DNA of 25,209 nucleotides from an uncultured Planctomycetaceae bacterium (GTDB lineage: Bacteria > Planctomycetota > Planctomycetia > Planctomycetales > Planctomycetaceae): assembly GCA_963976765.1 (NCBI GenBank), contig CAXBME010000035.1:62001-87209 (forward strand). The letters are read 5' to 3'. Within the stretch, counting starts at the first letter, position 1, and the number at the start of each line of letters is the position of its first letter. Below, piece after piece: positions 15,703 through 25,125 of this stretch. A program made the position numbers and the translations under genes. The notes under the pieces are model-generated. The model did no database searches. It saw only the letters and a list, made by a program, of their open reading frames with translations, and was not told the origin of the DNA.

Positions 15703-17589
15703 ATGCCGGCCCCAGAATCTGCCAGCAAATTCCTTCGACTTGCTGAAGAGAGCGGTGTCGCCCAGAAACCGGAGCTTGAAAAAGCTCTGAAGATGCTGGC
15801 GGATCAGGGCGTGGACCTCAGCAGTGCGAGTACGCTGGCAGACGTCTCGTTTCGAACCATGCTCTGACTCGCTGGCAGGCGGGCAAGCTGCTGGAGGGCA
15901 AGCATCAGGGATTCACCCTGGGCAGGTAGCGACTGCTGAGTGTCCTCGGCAAAGGCTTCGATGAGCACAGTTTACCTGTGCCGAGCACACAATGATGCGT
16001 CGTCAAGTCGCTCTGAAAGTTCTGCTATTCGACCACATTCAACAGCCCGCATATCTCGGCCGTTTTATTCGTGAAGCCCGAACCGTCGCGTCCCTTAACC
16101 ACGCGAACATCGTACGTGCTTATGATGCGGGTAAGGAACACGAAAGCAAACGCGACACCTATTACCTGGCGATGGAATATGTCAAAGGCCAGGATCTGCA
16201 AAAGCATATCAATGAGAACGGAGCACTGAATTTTGTCCGAGCGGCAAACCTCGCCCGGCAAGCAGCTCGCGGACTTTCCCATGCTCACGACCGGGGCTTG
16301 GCTCATCGAGACGTCAAGCCGGAAAACCTGCTGCTTGATTCGGATGATGTTCTCAAAATTCTGGTCCCGGGACTTGCTGTCTTTCACACGGCGGATCAGG
16401 ACGAAGAAGCATCGCTGACCGTTTCAAACAATGACCATCTGCTTGGCACCGCGGATTACATTTCTCCAGAACAGGCCCGTAACAGCCACTATGTCGACCA
16501 CCGCGCCGACACCTACGGTCCTGACAGTACGTTCTACTTCCCTGCTGACCGGGTATCCGTCGTTCCGACAGGGGACAGTCGCTCAACGGCTGCTGGCTCA
16601 CCAGACTCAGGCTCCGCCACCGGCCACTGACAGACGTCCCGACTTCCCCGCCGATCTGGGAGTCATTCTTGATCGGATGCTGGCCAAATCGCCGGTCGAC
16701 CAACTTCAGTCGTGTCATGACGTTGCAGGTGAATTGAAAAACTGGCAGCTGAAGAATGCCAACGACCCATGGAAATCAAATCACCCTGAGATTTTTGAAG
16801 CGGACATAAATTTCGACCAGGTCGGTACTGGAAGGCGTGGAACCTGCCAACAGCGCGTCAGACACGATGATCGGCCTGCCGCTGTTTGATGAGCAGTCGG
16901 AGCTGCTGGCCGATTCTGAACAGGAAACGTCGTGCTCAACGTCTTCTAAAATCGCGCAACAGCCAGACTCCGATGACCAACGTTTTGACAAAAGCAATAT
17001 CCCTGTACCGCCCAATCTGGCAGGACAGCGAGTTCGATTCAGGGGCGTTCAACATCAGCGGGTCGATGAGCGTCCTTGCGTGGTTCGAGGCCGACCAGTT
17101 CACCAGTCGCGATCAATGCCTGATCAGCACTGGTGATCATGAATTCCGGCTGGCCAGGCATTCTGAATCTTCCAGCCTGGCATTTGCGATTAACCGCTGG
17201 GGCGGCACGCCGGAAAAACCGCTCAAGATCAATGAAACCGTGATGGCAGAAGCAAACAGTAATTCGTGCGCCGTCGACGACGATCGCTGGCACCTTGCCG
17301 TCGGCGTTGTCAATGCTGACTCAGACAGGGTGACGGTCTCTGTATTCGTTGACGGAGAACTTCGTGGCATGAAGCCTTCTAATGCCGGGATGACGCCGAA
17401 TACAGCTCCGATCCTGATTGGCACCATCAGTTTCTTTCTGGAAGCGAAGGAGCGAAAACCACCAACGGCATGACATTGACCGCCCCGGCTCGATAGTTCA
17501 TGGCTTTGATCAATGAAATTGCGGTGTTCAGCCGAGTACTCATAGAAAAAGAGATTAACCGCATTTACGAAACGGGAACGCCAGACTAA
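15703..17589 (+). pseudogene. Decayed Ser/Thr kinase with C-terminal LamG/concanavalin-like domain
   Basis: Reconstructed across frames: MPAPESASKFL... / LTRWQAGKLLEGKHQGFTLGR*RLLSVLGKG / MSTVYL / AEHTMMRRQVALKVL...HRDVKPENLL...GTADYISPEQ / LLTGYPSF... / LamG-like AWF...DDDRWHLAVGV...VFVDGEL / LINEIAVFSRVL..KEINRIY. In-frame TAG at 15927 and six to seven frame changes. Confidence 0.9.
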
Positions 17590-17679
17590 ACCACCAGCAG
17601 AACTTCAATTGCCTCATTCTGGCCGGGCCCTCGGCATTCCGAATACAGCTCCGCCTGATACAGATTTGAAACCTAACGC

Positions 17680-18300
17680 ATGACAAGCCGTTCAGAATTC
17701 AGAAGTCGCGGCCCTCGACGAGCCACTCGCACTCCCTCACCCGTTCACTCCGGCCCGTTCAACCCGGCACCTCAAGGGCAGGACTGGGAGGTCGTCATCA
17801 ACGGCGACCTCACAGACAAGCAGAACGAGTTAATTACATCGCTGGTCGAAGTGCCCCGGCGCAGCCGGGGCACGGTCTGGTTCGATTCGGGCGGAGGAAG
17901 CGTTTACGTCGGGCTTGCTCTGTGCTCGATTATTCGCCTGCGAGGTCTTCGGGTAACCGGCGTCGTTGCCGGCGAATGTTCCTCCGCAGCGATTCTGCCA
18001 TTCGCCGCGTGCGAACGCCGGTTTGTGACTTCGCACTCAACGCTGCTGTTTCACCCAATGCGCTGGCAGAGCGCCGAGGACGTTCGACTGGAAGAAGCCA
18101 CCGAGTGGGCTCGACACTTCAAAAATCTTGAAGGCGACCTCGACAAACTTCTTGCGAAGCTCTTCGACTTTCCGGAAGAGACGATTCGTGAATGGTCAAA
18201 TCCTGGGCGATTCATTTCCGGGTCGGAACTCGTCGAGGCTGGCCTGGCAAAACTCGTCGACATATTTGCGGGCGATTTATGGTCGCAGATCGGTCGCTAA
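17680..18300 (+). CDS. Divergent ClpP-family (crotonase-like fold) peptidase subunit
   Basis: DSGGGSV (cf. NSPGGSV), GECSSAA (nucleophile Ser), LLFHP (His), and [17 protein letters not shown] (cf. RFLSAPEAVEYGLVDSI). Confidence 0.85.
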   Translation: MTSRSEFRSRGPRRATRTPSPVHSGPFNPAPQGQDWEVVINGDLTDKQNELITSLVEVPRRSRGTVWFDSGGGSVYVGLALCSIIRLRGLRVTGVVAGECSSAAILPFAACERRFVTSHSTLLFHPMRWQSAEDVRLEEATEWARHFKNLEGDLDKLLAKLFDFPEETIREWSNPGRFISGSELVEAGLAKLVDIFAGDLWSQIGR

Positions 18301-19503
18301 TAAATCTCGCCAGTCCCCTGGATCATCGATCAAAACGCCGACGCGGCGCACTGGCTGACCGGCGACCACGTACGGGGACGTCAGACGCGCGATGGGATTA
18401 TCCAGCGAAGCCTCGATTCCCCGATCGCTCAACCAGGCTTCAGAAACAAGCAGCCACGCTGGCCGGTCAGTCGCTGCAAATCGACGAAACCATTCCAGGG
18501 CAATTCGCCCCATCGTGAAGCGAGCATTCACATCCTGAATCGACCGTAAAGCAGACTCGCCATTGGAGCCACGGTAAACCATCGAGTCGATACCGAGCGG
18601 ACCGTGATACCCTGCCTGTCGTGATTCTTCTGCAACTGACCGCGCATCGTCCAGAACTCGCTTGAGCGTATGTCGAGAAAAGCTGAATCCCTTATCGCCA
18701 GAAACTGGACCTGGACTCTCGGTCGAAGCTGTGTTGATAAGAACACTCCCCAGATACTGCCCTGATTGATCGACCAGAAGTTGCGTCGTACCAATCAGCT
18801 CAGGTTCTGCCGAAGACCGATCATCGAATTCGGCCTGAGGGATTATCCACTGGCTGCTCAACTCGCCGAACGACTCGACGCGCGGTTCAAAATAAAGTCT
18901 TTCCCCCGAGACAAGCCGACGACGAATCCAATGGACCTGCGAATCGTCAGGTAATATCCCGCTTCCAGAAATTCGCTCGCGACCGGACATCCCAAACTCG
19001 GCTTTCACAAGCCAGTCGAACGCTTCAGCGGAACGATTCCACACGTCAGCTGCACTCCTGATCGCCGCCTGCAGCGTGTCTACAGAATCGATTTCGACCG
19101 CCCCCGGAATTGCTGAATCAAGTCGTCGCTCAAGTTCGAAAGAAAACGCACGCGAGTTCACAGCCGCGACCGACTCAGGCGACGGGCCGTTGAAATTCCA
19201 CCCTTTCGAGGCCGCCAATAAGATCGCCGGTCGCGAACACCCCCACGGGACAAATTCTGCGCCGTGAATTGGCAACTTTTCCGATTCAGCACTTCGCACA
19301 CAGGAGAACCCGGCAGCGGCGGAGTCCGTCAGAAAATCTGTCAGGCCAGCATCGCCGGAGAACAAAAAGTCTCCATCCTCAGCAATGGCCAGTAAATGTG
19401 TGCTTAATTCTGCATTCAAACGTTCAAGCAATCTCGGACGGTTGTAGCCAGTCCTGGCGAGCTCGTGCTCGAAATCGAAGTTGCCGTGCAGAATTCGAGG
19501 CAT
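18277..19503 (-). CDS. ATP-grasp-like protein of unknown function
   Basis: [41 protein letters not shown] and [11 protein letters not shown] (cf. ATP-grasp E-x-N-x-R). Start placed at ATG 19503 ([12 protein letters not shown]). The 3' end overlaps the ClpP-like gene by 24 nt. Confidence 0.75.
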   Translation of the reverse strand: MPRILHGNFDFEHELARTGYNRPRLLERLNAELSTHLLAIAEDGDFLFSGDAGLTDFLTDSAAAGFSCVRSAESEKLPIHGAEFVPWGCSRPAILLAASKGWNFNGPSPESVAAVNSRAFSFELERRLDSAIPGAVEIDSVDTLQAAIRSAADVWNRSAEAFDWLVKAEFGMSGRERISGSGILPDDSQVHWIRRRLVSGERLYFEPRVESFGELSSQWIIPQAEFDDRSSAEPELIGTTQLLVDQSGQYLGSVLINTASTESPGPVSGDKGFSFSRHTLKRVLDDARSVAEESRQAGYHGPLGIDSMVYRGSNGESALRSIQDVNARFTMGRIALEWFRRFAATDRPAWLLVSEAWLSDRGIEASLDNPIARLTSPYVVAGQPVRRVGVLIDDPGDWRDLLATDLRP

Positions 19504-19827
19504 ACCGATTGGTCTTTCGCTACCGATAAACAGGGCCGCGTTCATCGTGGCGGTTAGGCTGTCGAGGAAAACTGCACTGTAAAAGCCCGCAGTTTTTTTC
19601 GTGTGAGCGTACCTCAACTATTGCCAACGTCGTGGAACATCGTAACTTACAGCGATCTGGCATGAAGTTGTGGGTCAACGCAATTCAAATGTCGCCGGAT
19701 GTCGCGTGGGCAGATTGGGACTCTGCCCTCCACTAATGGGTCATCGGGGCGTTCATCGGGAGACGTTGAACACCTCTTGAAATAAGGATCGGTCGGTGGT
19801 GCCAGGCACCCGTCGGCCTACCTGCGA

Positions 19828-21168
19828 ATGGACTACATTCTTAACGGTTATCAGGTCAACGAGGCGACATGGTTTTACCTGTCGCTTCTACTGATTGTTG
19901 CCGTCTTCTTCAGGTTCAATCGGCTATGGTCGCTGCGTAATGCCGACCTGGTTCTGCTGCTGAGTATTTCTCCGGGACTGCTTCTGCTGAACAGCTCTCG
20001 CCCGACGCTCGGATACGCATGGCTTTTCGTCTGCACCGGTTTGTTGCTGCTTCGCCTGTTCCTTGATCCGGTTTTCAAACGGCGGCCGCTGCTTGAACAA
20101 AACCTGAATGCGTCGGGGCTCGCATTTCTTTGCTTTGCAGCGTTCGCGTTTCAGGTCACGAAGGTCGCAACGGAACCTCCCGCGGCGTCGACGGTTGCTA
20201 CGGTGCGCCAAGCCGACGAGTTGTTGCGTCGTAAGGATAGTTCGACCGATCGTGCTGACACGGAGACGGTGTCAGGCCCAGCCACGAAGCTGATCACAGC
20301 GACTACAGCCGTCGCGCCCGCAAGACTGGTCGCGCAGAATTCAGGCCAGCGAGTTTCAGCGGAATTGATTGCGGCCAGAATCATCGCCTGCCTGTCGCAC
20401 CTTTCGGTCATCATCGGGCTGATTTACCTGGGCAAACGCCACCTCGGCGATATCCGAATCGGCGTGGCGATGGCAACGATGTATCTCCTGTTGCCGAGCA
20501 CCGCCTACCAGGTCAGCAATGTCGACCACGTGTTGCCAGCCGCACTGGTTATCTGGTCGTTGGCGTTCTATTACAAACCGATGATCGCGGGCGGCCTGAT
20601 GGGGCTCGCCTGCGGAACGGTTTTCTTCCCGGTGTTTCTGCTGCCCCTGTGGGTTGCCTTTTACGGACGTAAGGGAGCCGTTCGATTTGGAGCTGCGCTG
20701 GCAATCGTCGCCTCGGTCCTGGTCGGAACTTTGGCTCTGACAGCGTCGGACGGTCAGTCATTCATGCGACAGATGATCGGCTCGATCGACTGGAGTATGC
20801 TGCAATTTCAGAACGGCTCTGGCGTTGGCTTCTGGGCAGCAATCAGCCCGGTTTATCGCCTGCCAGTCATGGCAGTGTTTCTGGTCGGCGTTATCCTGCT
20901 GACCATCTTCCCTCACAAGAAGACTATCGAGCACCTGATGGCTCACTCAGCCGCCATCGTCGTCGCCACGCAACTCTGGTATCCACAACACGGCGGCGTC
21001 TATGTGATGTGGTATCTACCGCTCGTGCTCGGTGTCGTGTTTCGTCCGAGACTCGCTCACCTCGTCCCACCAGATGCGGCGCCGCTCCTTCGTGTCGCTC
21101 GAACCGCTCACACGGAAGGACGCCAGGAGCGAACATTTTCAACGATCAACCGGCAACAACTGCGATAG
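19828..21168 (+). CDS. Polytopic membrane protein, probably a GT-C-fold glycosyltransferase (GT87/GT39-like)
   Basis: Roughly 11-13 hydrophobic segments with a soluble loop, DHVLPAAL, GGLMGLACG..FFP.FLLPLW and YVMWYLP, resembling GT-C patterns. The function call is tentative. Confidence 0.6.
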   Translation: MDYILNGYQVNEATWFYLSLLLIVAVFFRFNRLWSLRNADLVLLLSISPGLLLLNSSRPTLGYAWLFVCTGLLLLRLFLDPVFKRRPLLEQNLNASGLAFLCFAAFAFQVTKVATEPPAASTVATVRQADELLRRKDSSTDRADTETVSGPATKLITATTAVAPARLVAQNSGQRVSAELIAARIIACLSHLSVIIGLIYLGKRHLGDIRIGVAMATMYLLLPSTAYQVSNVDHVLPAALVIWSLAFYYKPMIAGGLMGLACGTVFFPVFLLPLWVAFYGRKGAVRFGAALAIVASVLVGTLALTASDGQSFMRQMIGSIDWSMLQFQNGSGVGFWAAISPVYRLPVMAVFLVGVILLTIFPHKKTIEHLMAHSAAIVVATQLWYPQHGGVYVMWYLPLVLGVVFRPRLAHLVPPDAAPLLRVARTAHTEGRQERTFSTINRQQLR

Positions 21169-21218
21169 CAGCGGTCCGCCAAAAGGCCAACCAGCACGCA
21201 GCAACCACGGAAGGCTGA

Positions 21219-21674
21219 CTACTGCGTCAGCAGGATGTGCAGCGAGTCATTGTCTCGCAGAACCCGTCGCAATCGGATTTTCTTTTCCGGAAGAGCGTTC
21301 TCGTCAAATGCAGCTGGCAGGCCGCTACTGGATAGTTGCGAGACTCGGACGACGAACCGGCAGTCGAGTAACTTCGCACCGCCGCTCGCAGGGTCAATCG
21401 ATACCGAGAATTCTCCCTGTTCGTCAGCGTAGGCCGTGACTGATCGTCCAGCCTGATTCCCATCACGATCCAACTGTTCGATCAGAATTTCAGCCGGAGT
21501 TGGCCGTCCGTCCAAGCTGACGAAGCCAGTAACAGACAGGGAACCAGTTCCACCGCACCCACTCATGCACATGCACAGCGCCGCAGTCGTCAGAACATGG
21601 ACCGGTCTCACCAGGCGGGAAGCCAGCGACGGTAAAGAAGGCTGACCGCACATCGATAGACAGAATACTGACAT
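21219..21674 (-). CDS. Putative lipoprotein, typical partner of DUF1559 genes (carboxypeptidase-regulatory-like beta fold)
   Basis: Signal-like segment ending MSGC-GG, then VTGFVSLDGRP...A.ADEQGEFSV. Directly downstream of the DUF1559 gene. Exact start uncertain. Confidence 0.75.
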   Translation of the reverse strand: MSVFCLSMCGQPSLPSLASRLVRPVHVLTTAALCMCMSGCGGTGSLSVTGFVSLDGRPTPAEILIEQLDRDGNQAGRSVTAYADEQGEFSVSIDPASGGAKLLDCRFVVRVSQLSSSGLPAAFDENALPEKKIRLRRVLRDNDSLHILLTQ

Positions 21675-21679
21675 GCAGT

Positions 21680-22804
21680 TCAAAGCTCCGCTTCCGAAAT
21701 CGTCTCGTTGCCGGCGATCGTCGAAAGAGACTCGTAGACAGACTGGTCAATCGTATCGCTGATAAATTTCGTCCCTCCGTCACCCATCAGGAACCACGCT
21801 CCCTGAGCATGATGAGACTGGAACGAGTACAGCGAACGTTCGTCGCCGGTCACTGGTACCTGGACGGGTTGAGGATTCATTGGATAAGGAATCCCAAGGG
21901 ACGGCGAATCGTCAGGACAGTCAGGCAATCGAATATCTCTGGTAGATGCAAATGGGCCAGCCAGCCAGACCGTGTCTCCTGCCGAAGTGCCAGTAGCTGC
22001 GAAGTAGAGTACAGCGGCCATCGCCCACGGATATTCAACCTGCGCTCTGGGTGAAGCACCCGTTCCAGCGCCAAATGTCAGCCTTGCACCAGCCTTTTCG
22101 CCCATAAAGAACGTCTGAGAACCACCATCTGTCAGGTTGGAAAGACGGCAGGTGCTGTTGTAGCCAAATGCTCCTCTGGTCGAAGCCGGCCAGCTGTCCC
22201 AGTAATGGCGGAGACCTCCAGGACACGATGCTTCGCCACTGCCAGGCAACGCTTTGAGAATATCCATGCCGTGGCAAAAGGCGTAGTCGGTCACGGCTCC
22301 AGACATCCAGTGAAGCGAACTTCCTGGTACACCAGTCTCGCCAACCTGATTCGCCTTGTGCGGCGCACTCGGACACATCAATCCGTCGATCACCGTGCGG
22401 TTGAGCAACCAGTGATCGCGGTCGTTTGAGTTGGCCATGCTGCTCAGCCAGGTTCCTTCGAAGTCGTACTGACCATGCAGCCCAGCCTGACCAATGTATG
22501 GCAAAAGAAGATGATAGCCGGTCCAGTGACTTCGATATCGAAGCGAGTCACTAAGTGGAGGCGGCGGAGGTGGATTCAGGTCTTCCTGTCGGACGAAGCT
22601 TGGAGGAAAGACGGAATGCGTGGATTCGTAGTTGTGAAGGGCCAGACCCAACTGCTTGAGATTGTTCATGCACTGGATCGAGCGAGCTCGTTCACGAGCC
22701 TGCTGGACCGCCGGCAGCAACAACGCGACCAGCACCGCGATCACCGCAATGACGACCAGCAGCTCAATCAGCGTGAAGCCTCGCCGATGTCGACTCCGAA
22801 ACAT
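21680..22804 (-). CDS. DUF1559 protein with prepilin-type N-terminal cleavage/methylation motif
   Basis: [56 protein letters not shown]...GE, and a C-terminal H-X9-DG-type motif ([15 protein letters not shown]). Confidence 0.95.
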   Translation of the reverse strand: MFRSRHRRGFTLIELLVVIAVIAVLVALLLPAVQQARERARSIQCMNNLKQLGLALHNYESTHSVFPPSFVRQEDLNPPPPPPLSDSLRYRSHWTGYHLLLPYIGQAGLHGQYDFEGTWLSSMANSNDRDHWLLNRTVIDGLMCPSAPHKANQVGETGVPGSSLHWMSGAVTDYAFCHGMDILKALPGSGEASCPGGLRHYWDSWPASTRGAFGYNSTCRLSNLTDGGSQTFFMGEKAGARLTFGAGTGASPRAQVEYPWAMAAVLYFAATGTSAGDTVWLAGPFASTRDIRLPDCPDDSPSLGIPYPMNPQPVQVPVTGDERSLYSFQSHHAQGAWFLMGDGGTKFISDTIDQSVYESLSTIAGNETISEAEL

Positions 22805-23061
22805 GATTCCACTCGATTATCGAGAACTCACAAACCCTCGCCACCACCAGCAATCAGTCCCTCTGACGCAACCTTCACAATCCGGGTTCCCACTACAACA
22901 AGCACACGGCGACCAAACCGCTGCGAGAATTACGGTGGTTCCGCCTGACAACTCTACCTCGCACACGAATTCCTCCCGGTCCGAATTGTGCAACCTGGAG
23001 CGGGTCACTGAGAACCCCGGTTCCCAAATCGCTACAAACGGAGGCAGGTAGAAGTCAAAAC

Positions 23062-23106
23062 GCTGAAGGCAGAAAGTGTACTCGCCCTCAGCCCTCAGCC
23101 TTCAGC
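23062..23106. repeat. Heptamer-based inverted repeat overlapping the 3' end of the ECF ATPase
   Basis: GCTGAAGGC (23062-23070) is the exact reverse complement of GCCTTCAGC (23098-23106). The right arm is a 7-bp tandem: CTCAGCC CTCAGCC TTCAGCC. Confidence 0.55.
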
Positions 23107-23861
23107 CCCCAGGGCACTTCAAGTCCGTGCTTTGCAATCAGGACACTATCAGACAGAACGTCTCGAACCGGACCATCCGCCTTGACCTCCCCTTCGTCGA
23201 GAATGATCACTCGGTCACAAAGTTCGACCACAAAATCGAGATCGTGAGTGGCAATAACCTGAGCACCGGCGAACTCCCGGAGAATTTCGACCAGACTCCG
23301 ACGAGCTCGCGGATCAAGGTTTGCAAACGGTTCATCAAGAACCAGAACACTCGGCTGACAGGCCAGGACTCCCGCCAGGCAAACGCGTTTTCGCTCACCC
23401 GTACTGAGCTGTAGCGTGCTGCGGTTTTCAAAACCGGCCAGCCCTACCTGCTCCAGGCTTTGAGCGATTCGCTGAAAGACTTCTTCGCGAGGCAGTCTCA
23501 TGTTTAACGGCCCAAAGCCGACATCTTCGCGAACGGTCGGACAGAACAACTGGTCGTCAGGATCCTGAAACACGAATCCAACCAGTCGACGCACTTCCGC
23601 GATAGATGACTTTCGCACAGCAACATTCGACACGACGACGGATGCCCGTTCAGAATCACTCGGCAGACGATCGGGCAACAGCCCGTTCAAGTGCATCAGA
23701 AGAGTCGATTTGCCTGCACCGCTGGGACCAACAACGGCAACCCGCTCGCCATGTGCAACGTTGAACTCAATACCGGACAGGACGACACGGCCTTCACCGT
23801 ACGAGTAGTTCAGCCCTTGAATCTGAAGAGCCAAAGGCTCGATCGACTTTACGTCTGACAT
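23088..23861 (-). CDS. cbiO: Energy-coupling-factor (ECF) transporter ATPase, CbiO/NikO-like
   Basis: Walker A GPSGAGKST, GFVFQDPDDQLFCPTVREDVGFGPLN, signature LSTGERKRV, Walker B LVLDEP, ATHD. Co versus Ni specificity cannot be determined here. Confidence 0.85.
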   Translation of the reverse strand: MSDVKSIEPLALQIQGLNYSYGEGRVVLSGIEFNVAHGERVAVVGPSGAGKSTLLMHLNGLLPDRLPSDSERASVVVSNVAVRKSSIAEVRRLVGFVFQDPDDQLFCPTVREDVGFGPLNMRLPREEVFQRIAQSLEQVGLAGFENRSTLQLSTGERKRVCLAGVLACQPSVLVLDEPFANLDPRARRSLVEILREFAGAQVIATHDLDFVVELCDRVIILDEGEVKADGPVRDVLSDSVLIAKHGLEVPWGLKAEG

Positions 23862-23967
23862 AGGCTTATCGAGGCACCACTGAGGCTGCGAAGCTCGCAG
23901 CGTGATTCACTTACAAATACCGAAGCAGGCAGGTTCCGAAACGCCCCACAACGACTCACCCGGAACG

Positions 23968-24003
23968 AAAAAAGCCTGACACTCCGATCTGGAATGTCAG
24001 GCT
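23968..24003 (-). terminator. Rho-independent terminator of the desaturase gene
   Basis: On the minus strand: AGCCTGACA-TTCC-agatc-GGAG-TGTCAGGC followed by T6. Confidence 0.85.
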
Positions 24004-24045
24004 CGATCATAAATCAATCTTCAACAACACACACACTGAGCGAGA

Positions 24046-25035
24046 CTACTTCGTCTGTTCAGGAATCCGGTCCTGGACGTTCGTCGCAATGCCGAGAATC
24101 TGAAGCGTGCGGATGACCATCCAGGTGACGTCAATTTCCCACCAGCGATGTCCATGTCGAGCGAGACGCTGATGGGCATGGTGATTGTTGTGCCAGCCTT
24201 CGCCGTAACTGGCCAGTGCCACCCACCAGAGGTTTCGCGATCGATCTGTGGTTTCGTAATTCCGATAACCCCAGATGTGAGTTGCCGAGTTCACGAACCA
24301 GGTACTGTGGTAACAGAGGACTGCCCGCATACAGACACCCCACAAAGCCAGAGACCAGCCGAAGCCGGGTTCCATTGCTTCGCCGGCGACGAAAAGACCA
24401 ATCCCAAGCAGAATTGTGAAGACTGGAAAAATTCTGTCGAATACTCGATGCCAGGGGTCTTTCCACATATCCGGAGCCCAGCGAGCAAACAGCGCTTCTT
24501 CTTCCGATTTCAGAACTCGAGGCTTGAACCACAGGATGTGTGACCACCAGAAACCATCATTCGGCGAATGTGGATCGCCCGGCAGATCGGACAACACATG
24601 ATGCTTACGATGAGTCGCCACCCAGAAGATCGGCGAGCCTTCTGCCGACAGCATGCCGCAAACCGAGAAGAAGTATTCAACAGGTTTTGGAACCTTGAAG
24701 CTTCCATGCGTCAGCAGACGGTGATATCCCAGCGTGACCCCCAGGCAGGCAGTCACAAAATGCAGCACAGCACAAATGGCAAGCCCCGTCCACGAAAAAT
24801 ACCAGAGTGACGCAACAGCTCCGGTATGCATGACGAGCATCCAGGTGAAGTTGGTCCAGTTCAGGCCGTTGGGAAACCGATCCCGGAAACGAGTCGGGAT
24901 CGGATGAGCGATCGGCTTGCGGCCACTTTTCGTAGCCTTATTCTCATCGGTCGACGGATCAACGGTCTGAGTTTCGGACAGCAGTGCGGACTTACTGCGC
25001 TTATCATCTGTTTTCAGCGGTGATTCAACACTCAC
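24046..25035 (-). CDS. Membrane fatty-acid desaturase, delta-9 (acyl-CoA/acyl-lipid) type
   Basis: His boxes GYHRLLTH, HRKHH and GEGWHNNHH, plus DPHSP and WFVNSATH. GTG 25035 is preceded by CAGGAG-N8. Confidence 0.93.
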   Translation of the reverse strand: MSVESPLKTDDKRSKSALLSETQTVDPSTDENKATKSGRKPIAHPIPTRFRDRFPNGLNWTNFTWMLVMHTGAVASLWYFSWTGLAICAVLHFVTACLGVTLGYHRLLTHGSFKVPKPVEYFFSVCGMLSAEGSPIFWVATHRKHHVLSDLPGDPHSPNDGFWWSHILWFKPRVLKSEEEALFARWAPDMWKDPWHRVFDRIFPVFTILLGIGLFVAGEAMEPGFGWSLALWGVCMRAVLCYHSTWFVNSATHIWGYRNYETTDRSRNLWWVALASYGEGWHNNHHAHQRLARHGHRWWEIDVTWMVIRTLQILGIATNVQDRIPEQTK

Positions 25036-25125
25036 AGATATGTCTCCTGGCAAATAAAGTGAGAGTCCTGGCAACTGCCAGTCTCTGGACATCCCTGCCC
25101 GTCAGGACTTCCTCTGTCTGAACCA

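Noticed and set aside
15992..17473. ORFs 15992-16630, 16431-16889, 16837-17136 and 16886-17473 as separate genes or programmed frameshifts
   Set aside because: They are consecutive fragments of one kinase-LamG gene with too many lesions and eroded catalytic motifs, and no slippery sites were seen.
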